From positions 864,001 to 928,000 of the forward strand of contig CAVXGR010000018.1 in assembly GCA_963761335.1 (NCBI GenBank): a stretch of DNA of 64,000 nt, given 5' to 3'. The notes below the pieces were generated by a model. It ran no database searches and had not been told where the DNA came from. It was given only the letters and a program-made list of their open reading frames with translations. Below are positions 56,929 to 64,000 of this stretch, one piece after another. Each line of letters opens with the position of its first letter. Position 1 is the first letter of the stretch. The position numbers were made by a program, and so were the translations under genes. Source of the DNA: an uncultured delta proteobacterium (GTDB lineage: Bacteria > Desulfobacterota > Binatia > HRBIN30 > BPIQ01).

Positions 56929-56967
56929 CGGCCAGCAGTCCTCGGGGTTGCCATGTCAGAGCGCACT

Positions 56968-56983
56968 AGCAAGAAGTCTTCCG
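56968..56983 (-). promoter_or_regulatory. Possible sigma54 promoter of the multi-sensor kinase
   Basis: CGGAAGACTTCTTGCT (GG-N10-GC; good -12, weak -24). Confidence 0.3.
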
Positions 56984-57083
56984 CCGAGGACCAGCTCTCA
57001 TCCTGAGATGCGTGAGCTTTCGTTGACTGCCGTTGGTTCGCACACCGCAATGACCTGCGCGAATCCGACGAAATTGTACGGCT

Positions 57084-58553
57084 TCAGGGAAGCATGCCCG
57101 CCATGATCGGCTTCGAGACCCGCAGCAGCTCGCGCTTCCACCAGGCTCCGCTGGCGCGCCGCTCGGCGAAATCGGTGAAGGTGTAGCGGTAGGCGCTGAA
57201 GCGCAAGAAGGCTGGCGCGTCCGTCGGGAATGGATCCTCCGCGAAGAGCGGCGCTACGGCCGCTGGATGGGAGAGCAGCTGCTTCAGCAGGTTTCGGAAG
57301 TAGGGCTCTTGGGGCCGACCGTCGAGAAGGAGAAACCAGAGCTGGAAGTCGACTCGGGGCTGGTGCGGCGCCACGAAGCGCGGGGCGCGCTGCGGGTCAC
57401 CGGGCTTGTAGCGGAACTCGTAGGGCTTCCAGGTCTGGCCGTCCGCGGACCCCTCGATCACCACTTCGCGTCGCTCGAGGGTCATCTGTGCGAACAAATG
57501 GTAGGCGTTGACGGAGCGATAGATGTTGAGGAACTCGCGGATGGGTATCGTGGCACTCTCGACGGGAGCGGCGGCGGGGACCATGGACAGAAACGGCAGT
57601 AGCGACAGCGGCACCAGCACAGTCGCGGCGCCGCCGAGCAGCGCCGTGCGGGCCGGCGCGCGGCCCCGGTGCGGCACCGCCGGCAGGGAGCGGCCGAGCC
57701 AGCGCGCTGCCCTGCGCAGGTGATTGTCATCGAGCACGAACAGGCAAAGGGCGAGGGTCAGATAGTTGAAGAAGGCGTAGTTTGCCGTCAGCAGAATTGC
57801 GATCTGCATCGAGGCCAGGATGGCGAAGACGATGCCGCGAAGCCAGTGTCGGGACCAGATGAACCAGGCGGCCAGCAGCTCGACGAACAGCGTCCATCCG
57901 GCGATGGCGCGGTGCGCCCAGAAGGGCATCTGGTGGGCGTACCAGCCGATCCACGTGGGCAGCGGCGCCGTCTCGTAGTACTTGACCATGGCGGTGAGGT
58001 CGCGCCACGTCGGGTCGCCGGTGAGCAGCTTGGCGGCGCCCGACTCGACGTGCAGGCGCAAGAGCAGCCAGAGCATCAGGAAGACGGCGATGCGGTGCGG
58101 TGGCGAAGGCTTCGGCCGCAAGCCGGGGGGCGTCACGAAGATGGCGAAGAAGGCCGTCTCGAGGAGCAGGTTGTCCCACTGGAACCACATGAACGCCTGC
58201 CCGATGGTGGCGAAGGAGAGGTACAGGAACCAGAGCAGCACCAGGCAGTAGAGCGGTGCCAGGTTGAGGATCAGGCCGAAGCTGAGGACGGCGCCGGCGA
58301 TGGCGACGGCGCGCAGAGCCAGGTCGCTGCTGCTCAGCCAGAAGATGGTGGGCGCCCGGAAGAAGCTGACGTCGCCCAGCGAGGCCAGATAGTCCTGGGC
58401 CGGCAGCAGGCCATGGTTGCCGTAGAGAACCTCCACCTGGACCAGCAGGGAGAGAAAGGCAACCAGGAAGATCAGGCCGAGGAGGCGCAGAAAGAGAGCC
58501 CGCACGTAGGCGCGTTGCGGGCTCGACGATGGCGCCGCCGTTTGATGATCCAC
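57084..58553 (-). CDS. Lipase maturation factor (LMF) family membrane protein
   Basis: FLRLLGLIF, FQWDNLLLE, YETAPLP, NYAFFNYL, YEFRYKPG, APHQPRVDFQLWF. Start uncertain (58553 or 58580). Confidence 0.88.
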   Translation of the reverse strand: MDHQTAAPSSSPQRAYVRALFLRLLGLIFLVAFLSLLVQVEVLYGNHGLLPAQDYLASLGDVSFFRAPTIFWLSSSDLALRAVAIAGAVLSFGLILNLAPLYCLVLLWFLYLSFATIGQAFMWFQWDNLLLETAFFAIFVTPPGLRPKPSPPHRIAVFLMLWLLLRLHVESGAAKLLTGDPTWRDLTAMVKYYETAPLPTWIGWYAHQMPFWAHRAIAGWTLFVELLAAWFIWSRHWLRGIVFAILASMQIAILLTANYAFFNYLTLALCLFVLDDNHLRRAARWLGRSLPAVPHRGRAPARTALLGGAATVLVPLSLLPFLSMVPAAAPVESATIPIREFLNIYRSVNAYHLFAQMTLERREVVIEGSADGQTWKPYEFRYKPGDPQRAPRFVAPHQPRVDFQLWFLLLDGRPQEPYFRNLLKQLLSHPAAVAPLFAEDPFPTDAPAFLRFSAYRYTFTDFAERRASGAWWKRELLRVSKPIMAGMLP

Positions 58554-58578
58554 GGCCGCTGCTCTAGATTCGGAGCCC

Positions 58579-58995
58579 ATGGCGACCTTCATTGGGCCGA
58601 TTCCGGCGCTCGAGCCGCGCACTGAGGCCTTCTGGCGCGCCTGTGCGGCGGGCCGACTGGAGTTCACCCGCTGTATTCCTTGTCAGTTTCTGATCCATCC
58701 GTCCCGCCCCATATGCCCGAGATGCCGCGGGCGCCAGCTCGACCTCGCCAGCGTCAGCGGCCGAGCCCACTTGCACAGCTTCACGGTCAACCACCAGCGG
58801 TGGTTTCCGGGGCAGAATGTTCCATATGTGATCGGCTTGGTCGAGCTTGTCGAGCAGTCGGGGCTGCGGCTGGTCACCAACATCATCGGCTGCGCACCGG
58901 CGAGCGTGCGCATCGGTATGCCCCTGCGCGTCGTCTTCGAGCCGGTGAGCGACGAGGTGGCGCTGCCTTTCTTCGAGCCGGAGGAGAAGCCGTGA
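58579..58995 (+). CDS. DUF35 Zn-ribbon/OB-fold protein (ChsH2 C-terminal-like)
   Basis: FW...CIPC...CPRC, PYVIGLVEL, IGMP. Confidence 0.85.
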   Translation: MATFIGPIPALEPRTEAFWRACAAGRLEFTRCIPCQFLIHPSRPICPRCRGRQLDLASVSGRAHLHSFTVNHQRWFPGQNVPYVIGLVELVEQSGLRLVTNIIGCAPASVRIGMPLRVVFEPVSDEVALPFFEPEEKP

Positions 58996-60167
58996 GCGAG
59001 CCTCTGGAGCGGCGGGCGATTATCTCGGGGGTCGGCCAGTCGGCGATCGGCCGGCGTCTGTTCCGCGACGACCTGGATCTCACCTGCGAGGCGGGGCTGC
59101 GGGCGATCGCCGACGCCGGGCTCACCCCGGACGACATCGACGGCATCGCCGCATACCCCGGCCCGGTGCAGGGCGGCCCCGGTTTCTGCGGCCCGGGGAT
59201 CTATGAGGTGCAGGATGCGCTCGGTATCGGCGTGCGCTGGCACCTGTCGGGATTGGAGGGGCCGGCGCAGATCATGCCCGTGATCCACGCGGCGCTGGCG
59301 GTCGCCGCCGGTCTCTGCCGTCACGCGCTCGTGTATCGGACGGTGACCGAGTCGACAGCGGCAGCGGATACGGGCAGGCGGGGGATTGGCGCCGGCTCAC
59401 GGGAGATCGGCGGATTTGCTGCCTTCCTCATCCCCTTCGGCGCTATGTCGGCGGCGAACTGGCTGGCCCTCTACGCCCGCCGCCACATGCACGAGTTCGG
59501 CACTACCCGCCAGCAGCTGGGCGCCATCGCGCTCAACGACCGCCGCCACGCCGCACTCAACCCCGGAGCCGTCTACCGCGAGCCGATGACCATGGAAGAT
59601 TACCTCTCGGCCCGCATGATCAGCGAGCCCTTCTGCCTCTACGACTGCGACGTTCCCGTCGACGGCAGCACGGCGCTGGTGGTGTCGACGGCGGATGCGG
59701 CGGGGGACCTGCCCCACGCCGCCGTGCGCTTCAACGCCGTCGGCACCGCCCTCGGTCGACGCCCGCTCTGGGATCAGTGGGAGGACATCACCACGATGGC
59801 GGCCGGCGACGCGGCAGCTCACCTCTGGTCGCGAACCGATCTGCGACCCGGCGACGTGGATACGGCGCAGCTCTACGACGGATTCTCCTTTTTGGCCCTC
59901 GCCTGGCTGGAGGCCCTGGGCTTCTGCGCGCGGGGAGAGAGCGGACCCTTCGTTGAGGGTGACCGCATCGGTCTCGGGGGGGCGCTTCCCCTCAACACCT
60001 GGGGGGGGCAGCTGTCCGGAGGCCGTCTCCACGGCTTCGGCTTTGTTGCCGAGGCTTGTCTGCAGCTGCGACGCGAATGCGGCGACCGGCAGGTTGAGGA
60101 CTGTGAGGTCGCCGCCGTCGGCGTCGGGGGTGGACCCGTGGCGGGCTGCCTGCTGCTCACCCGTTGA
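58992..60167 (+). CDS. Thiolase-superfamily protein (SCP-x/Ltp2-like)
   Basis: ISGVGQS, LYDCDVPVDG, AQLYDGF, LNTWGGQLSGG. GTGA overlap with the DUF35 gene. Confidence 0.85.
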   Translation: MSEPLERRAIISGVGQSAIGRRLFRDDLDLTCEAGLRAIADAGLTPDDIDGIAAYPGPVQGGPGFCGPGIYEVQDALGIGVRWHLSGLEGPAQIMPVIHAALAVAAGLCRHALVYRTVTESTAAADTGRRGIGAGSREIGGFAAFLIPFGAMSAANWLALYARRHMHEFGTTRQQLGAIALNDRRHAALNPGAVYREPMTMEDYLSARMISEPFCLYDCDVPVDGSTALVVSTADAAGDLPHAAVRFNAVGTALGRRPLWDQWEDITTMAAGDAAAHLWSRTDLRPGDVDTAQLYDGFSFLALAWLEALGFCARGESGPFVEGDRIGLGGALPLNTWGGQLSGGRLHGFGFVAEACLQLRRECGDRQVEDCEVAAVGVGGGPVAGCLLLTR

Positions 60168-60305
60168 GCGGCGCGGGCGTCGCAAGTTTGGCGACTGCCC
60201 GGATTCCCGCCGTTTGCCGCCGCTCTGCGGCCGCATCTCGAAAGTTTTGCGATGCCAGAACCGGCGGGTGCGATCTGCGCATGTCACTTGCATGACGCGG
60301 CTCAT

Positions 60306-62198
60306 ATGACGTCCAGTGTCGATGCCCCGGCCGGTCCCGAGACGTATGAGCAGCACCGCTCGGCGCTGATTGCGGAAAACTTCCCGCATGCCATCGGCGT
60401 GGCACTGGCGGTGACGATCATCTGCCTGGGCGCGGAGACCATCAAGGGATCGCTGGACGGGCTCTCGGCCGGCGGCTACGCCTGGGAGCTGGCGGTTCTG
60501 CTGATCGGTTTGTTGCTGGCGCGCGGGTTCATGCCCCGGGACGTTCGGGTGCTTGCCGCCATTCTGGACCTGGGATTCACTCTCGGCTTGGTGGGGCGGC
60601 TCTTTCTGGCGGGCTCCACCACCTCCGGGGTGGTGCTCTTCGTGTCGCTCAAGATGGTGGGCTCGGCTGTCCTCGTTCCCTGGGGAGTTCGCATGCAGGA
60701 GCTCTCCGCAGGGCTGACGGTGATGCTCTTCTACGCGGCCGTGCTCGTCAGCGGACGCACCTTTGGGCTCAGCAGCCCGCTGCATCATCTCATCGGTACA
60801 CTGGTTGCCGGGCTCATCTCGGTGATTGGTGCGGCGAGCATCGAGCGCGCCCGCCGCGAGCTGCACGCCCGAGGCATGCAGCTGGAGGGCTCCGAGCTGC
60901 GGCTCCGGTCTCTTCTCGAGGCCGCCGAGAGCAGTCAGGAGCAGCTGCGCAGCGAGGGCGAGGTCTCGGCGGCGATGGCGACGGTCGGTCACGAGATGAT
61001 GTCCTCGCTGGACACTCCGGTGCTTCTCGAGCGGCTGTCGCAGCTCACGGCGCAGGTGCTCGATGCAGATTCGACCTGCGCCTTCCTCCGCGATCCGGAG
61101 GACGGGTCGTACTTTCCGGTATCGGCCTTCGGCCCAGGTGGAGCGGAGGAGTGGGAGTACCTGCGCGCCATTCGCTATCCCGCCGAGGTGGTTGGTCCGC
61201 TGGCGGCGCGGATCACCGAGGCCGGCGGCTCGATGCAGTTCGGGCGACGCGAGGCGGATATCCTCGCCCCGGGGACGATCCCCGAGAAGTTCGACTGGCA
61301 GCAGGTGCTGTTCGTCGGCCTGCGCCGCGGTGAGCAGGTGAGCGGCGTGCTCGCCGCCTATCGCCGGCAGCCGCTGCCCTATGACGCCCAGAAGATTCGC
61401 ATCGCCCGGGGCATTGCCAACATCGCCTCGCTGGCGCTGGCGCATGCGCAGATGGTCGAGAAGCTCGAAGGCGCCAACAGCCTCAAATCGGAGTTCGTCG
61501 CCACCATGTCACACGAGCTGCGGACTCCTCTCAACATCGTCATCGGCTACACCTCGCTGCTCCTCGAGGGCGCCTTCGGGGCGCTGTCCACGGAGCAGGA
61601 GGGGCCACTGCAGCGGGTCGACAAGAGCGCCCGCGAGCTCCTCGAGCTGATCGACGCGACTCTCAACCTGAGCCGCCTCGAATCGGGGCGCGTCTCTCTG
61701 GATCCCGGCGATGTCCGCATTCCCGAGCTCTTCGACAGCATCGAGTCCGAGACCCGGGAGCTATTTTCCAAGCCGGGCTTGCGTTCGTCGTGGGAGGTCA
61801 CCCCGAACCTACCGATCCTGTACACCGACGGCTTGAAGCTCAAGGTGGTGCTGAAGAACCTGATCGGCAACGCCGTCAAGTTCACCGAGGATGGCAGCGT
61901 CTCCGTCCATGTCCGAGCGGCGGAAGGCGGCGTCGAGTTCTCCGTGGCCGATACCGGCCGCGGCATCGATACGAAGCATCTGGCACTCATCTTCGAGCCC
62001 TTTCGCCAGCTGGAGCGATCGGAGACCCGTCGCTACGGTGGAGTCGGGCTGGGGCTCTACATCGTGAGGCGCCTGGTGGAGATGTTGCGGGGAACGATCA
62101 CTGTGGAGAGCGAGGTCGGCCGCGGCTCGGTGTTCCGCGTCTGGGTTCCGCTGGACGTCGCGCTGCCGGCGGTGTCGCAGAGCATATCCGTGCATTGA
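60306..62198 (+). CDS. Membrane-anchored GAF sensor histidine kinase
   Basis: About 5-6 N-terminal TM segments, GAF, MSHELRTPLN, NAVKFT, DTGRG, GVGLGL. Confidence 0.9.
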   Translation: MTSSVDAPAGPETYEQHRSALIAENFPHAIGVALAVTIICLGAETIKGSLDGLSAGGYAWELAVLLIGLLLARGFMPRDVRVLAAILDLGFTLGLVGRLFLAGSTTSGVVLFVSLKMVGSAVLVPWGVRMQELSAGLTVMLFYAAVLVSGRTFGLSSPLHHLIGTLVAGLISVIGAASIERARRELHARGMQLEGSELRLRSLLEAAESSQEQLRSEGEVSAAMATVGHEMMSSLDTPVLLERLSQLTAQVLDADSTCAFLRDPEDGSYFPVSAFGPGGAEEWEYLRAIRYPAEVVGPLAARITEAGGSMQFGRREADILAPGTIPEKFDWQQVLFVGLRRGEQVSGVLAAYRRQPLPYDAQKIRIARGIANIASLALAHAQMVEKLEGANSLKSEFVATMSHELRTPLNIVIGYTSLLLEGAFGALSTEQEGPLQRVDKSARELLELIDATLNLSRLESGRVSLDPGDVRIPELFDSIESETRELFSKPGLRSSWEVTPNLPILYTDGLKLKVVLKNLIGNAVKFTEDGSVSVHVRAAEGGVEFSVADTGRGIDTKHLALIFEPFRQLERSETRRYGGVGLGLYIVRRLVEMLRGTITVESEVGRGSVFRVWVPLDVALPAVSQSISVH

Positions 62199-62231
62199 GA
62201 GCGCCCTGCGGAAGACGGCCCTCTCGCCGAC

Positions 62232-62465
62232 TCAGGCTTCTCGCTGCCCCGGGGGCTGCTCGTCCTCGACCCAGATCAAGTGAGCCCCGCAGTGCAGGCA
62301 GAGCGCGTCGACGTACATGACGCCGCGCACACTGCCGAGCGGCAGACGTTGGCGGTGCCGTACTCCGGCGGTGTCTTCGCAGACGTGGCTCACCATCCGG
62401 CCCGCCCCTTCGACGACGGTCCGCTGAGGTGGTCGGAGAGGCGTGAAGGTGATGACATTGGCCAC
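62232..62465 (-). CDS. Small hypothetical putative Zn-binding protein
   Basis: HVC...H...CLHC; 3 bp after the metF stop. Confidence 0.5.
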   Translation of the reverse strand: MANVITFTPLRPPQRTVVEGAGRMVSHVCEDTAGVRHRQRLPLGSVRGVMYVDALCLHCGAHLIWVEDEQPPGQREA

Positions 62466-62468
62466 GGG

Positions 62469-63335
62469 TCAACCGCGCAGCTCTTCCAGGATGGCCCGTG
62501 TCGCCGGCGATCGATTGAGCGTGTAGAAATGAATGCCGGGAGCGCCGCCTGCGAGTAGGTCGCGGCACTGGGCGGTGGCGTGCTCGATGCCGATGCGCTG
62601 CACCGCCTGATCGTCGTCGCGAACGGCCACCAGGCGCCGTCGCAGCGGCTCCGGAATGCGGGCGCCGCACATTCGCGTGAATCGTTCGATCTGCGCCACG
62701 TTGGTGATCGGCATGATTCCCGGAATGATCGGCACCTCGATTCCGCGGGCGCGGGCGCGGCGGACGAAGTCGAAGTAGTCGGAGTTGTCGAAGAAGAGCT
62801 GGGTGATCACGAACTCGAGGCCGGCTCTCACCTTGGCGTGCAGGTGTCCCAGATCGGTGTTCTTGTCGGCGCACTCGATGTGGCCTTCGGGATAGCCGGC
62901 GCCGCCGACGCAGAAGGGGTAGCCTCCCTCGCGGATGAAGGCGACCAGCTCGGCGGCATAAGTGAAGCCGCCGGGGGCCGCGGTGAACACCTGCTGGTCC
63001 CGCGGCGGGTCGCCGCGCAGTGCCAGGACGTTCTCGATGCCGGCGTCCCGCAGCTGCGCGAGGACGTCGGCGATCTCGCCGCAGGCGGCGCCGACGCAGG
63101 TCAGATGCGCCATGGTCTCGATGCCGAGGCTGTGCTTGATGCGGGTGACCAGCTCCACGGTGCGGGCCCGGGTGCTGCCGCCGGCACCGTAGGTGACCGA
63201 GACGAAGCTCGGCTTCAGCTCCAGCAGCCCCTCGATCGTCTGGTAGAGGCTCTCGAGGCCCTGTTCCGACTTCGGCGGAAAGAACTCGAAGGAGAACAGC
63301 GGACCGTTGCGCCCGAAGAGCTCGCGGATCTTCAC
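62469..63335 (-). CDS. metF: 5,10-methylenetetrahydrofolate reductase
   Basis: SFEFFPPK, SVTYGAGG, AHLTCV, ALRGDPP, ITQLFF, HFYTLN. GTG start. Confidence 0.95.
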   Translation of the reverse strand: MKIRELFGRNGPLFSFEFFPPKSEQGLESLYQTIEGLLELKPSFVSVTYGAGGSTRARTVELVTRIKHSLGIETMAHLTCVGAACGEIADVLAQLRDAGIENVLALRGDPPRDQQVFTAAPGGFTYAAELVAFIREGGYPFCVGGAGYPEGHIECADKNTDLGHLHAKVRAGLEFVITQLFFDNSDYFDFVRRARARGIEVPIIPGIMPITNVAQIERFTRMCGARIPEPLRRRLVAVRDDDQAVQRIGIEHATAQCRDLLAGGAPGIHFYTLNRSPATRAILEELRG

Positions 63336-63343
63336 AAGGGCGA

Positions 63344-63373
63344 ATTCTGAAGGACCGCTCCCGTCCCTGTCAA
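63344..63373 (-). promoter_or_regulatory. Putative sigma70 promoter of metF (leaderless-type)
   Basis: TTGACA-N18-CAGAAT, 8 nt before the GTG, no SD. Confidence 0.55.
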
Positions 63374-63434
63374 GGAGACCTTCCACCCCACCTTGCCTGC
63401 TCTCCAGGGGGGTGGTAGGCGAGCCTAAACCCTG

Positions 63435-64000
63435 ATGGCGCAAGCAGTCTACGTCGCCGAGTCGCACGACCGTCGAATCCTGCTGGGGGAAGGCGATGGC
63501 GTGCCGCGGGCCCGCGGCAAGTTCCTGTTTCGCGGCGAGGAGAAGTTTCTCGTTCGCGGCGTCTCCTATGGTCCCTTCGCCGTCGCCTCCCACGGCGGTC
63601 CGTTCCCGGAGCTGGAGCTGGCGCGCCGCGACCTGGTGCTGATGAGGCAGCTGGGGGCGAACTGCCTGCGCACCTTCACGCCACCGCCGGAGTGGTTTCT
63701 GGACCTGGCCGGCGAGCACGGACTGGTCGTGCTGAGCGGTCTGCCGTGGACCCAGCACGTCTGCTTCCTCGACGACGCCGGAGTGACGCGACAGGTGCGC
63801 CAGGCCGTGCTCGACGGAGCGCGCCGCTGTGCGGCTCACCCGGCCACCCTGGCGGTTTTGATCGGCAACGAAATTCCTCCCGATATCGTGCGCTGGCTCG
63901 GCCCCGAGCGGGTGTCCGCTTTTCTCCAGGAGCTCTACGGGGAGGTGAAGTCGGTGAACGCCGACACCCTGGTCAGCTACGCCAACTTCCCCTCCACCGA
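63435..64000 (+). CDS. GH2-like TIM-barrel domain protein (3'-truncated by window edge)
   Basis: Translated by hand (absent from the ORF track): GKFLFRGEEKFLVRGVSYGPF...LGANCLRTF...IGNEIP...VSYANFPST; NE acid/base motif. Confidence 0.75.
   Translation, partial: MAQAVYVAESHDRRILLGEGDGVPRARGKFLFRGEEKFLVRGVSYGPFAVASHGGPFPELELARRDLVLMRQLGANCLRTFTPPPEWFLDLAGEHGLVVLSGLPWTQHVCFLDDAGVTRQVRQAVLDGARRCAAHPATLAVLIGNEIPPDIVRWLGPERVSAFLQELYGEVKSVNADTLVSYANFPST

Noticed and set aside
60275..60293. Sigma54 promoter before the membrane kinase (GCGCATGTCACTTGCA)
   Set aside because: Lacks the invariant GG at -24.
59397..61445. 682-aa minus-strand ORF
   Set aside because: Antisense to the thiolase and histidine kinase genes.
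63336..63434. SAM/SAH riboswitch upstream of metF
   Set aside because: The putative promoter sits immediately before the start codon, leaving no leader; no aptamer consensus seen.

Overview
A gene-dense, very GC-rich bacterial chromosomal segment with about 68 CDS. Gene content and style suggest a deltaproteobacterial-type lineage such as Myxococcota or Ca. Binatota; this is inference only. Most of it is core or metabolic: a tandem ArsA/Get3-like ATPase pair, rplU-rpmA-obgE-proB-nadD-rsfS-lapB, plsX, pilT-pilU, rlpA, tldD-pmbA, lutBCA, queG, several acyl-CoA dehydrogenases, MaoC hydratases and a thiolase/DUF35 pair, glmS, def, two GAF histidine kinases and metF. I recognised no rRNA, tRNA, CRISPR array, transposase, integrase or prophage. 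Best leads: (1) a glycosyltransferase-free polysaccharide-tailoring cassette at 39-45.4 kb (flippase, adenylating ligase, ACP, PLP fold-III enzyme, sulfotransferase, GNAT), with a G7 tract at the PLP enzyme/sulfotransferase junction whose length decides separate, read-through or fused products; (2) a 90-aa ribbon-helix-helix protein with a C-terminal AT-hook, a candidate nucleoid protein or silencer; (3) a plsX plus DxDxT-phosphatase operon; (4) a small unknown protein in front of glmS behind a palindromic operator overlapping a sigma54-like site; (5) a circularly permuted NPP/alkaline-phosphatase-family enzyme; (6) a 39-bp inverted-repeat element; (7) recurrent leaderless-type promoters. All functional calls come from motif recognition by eye; no searches were run.
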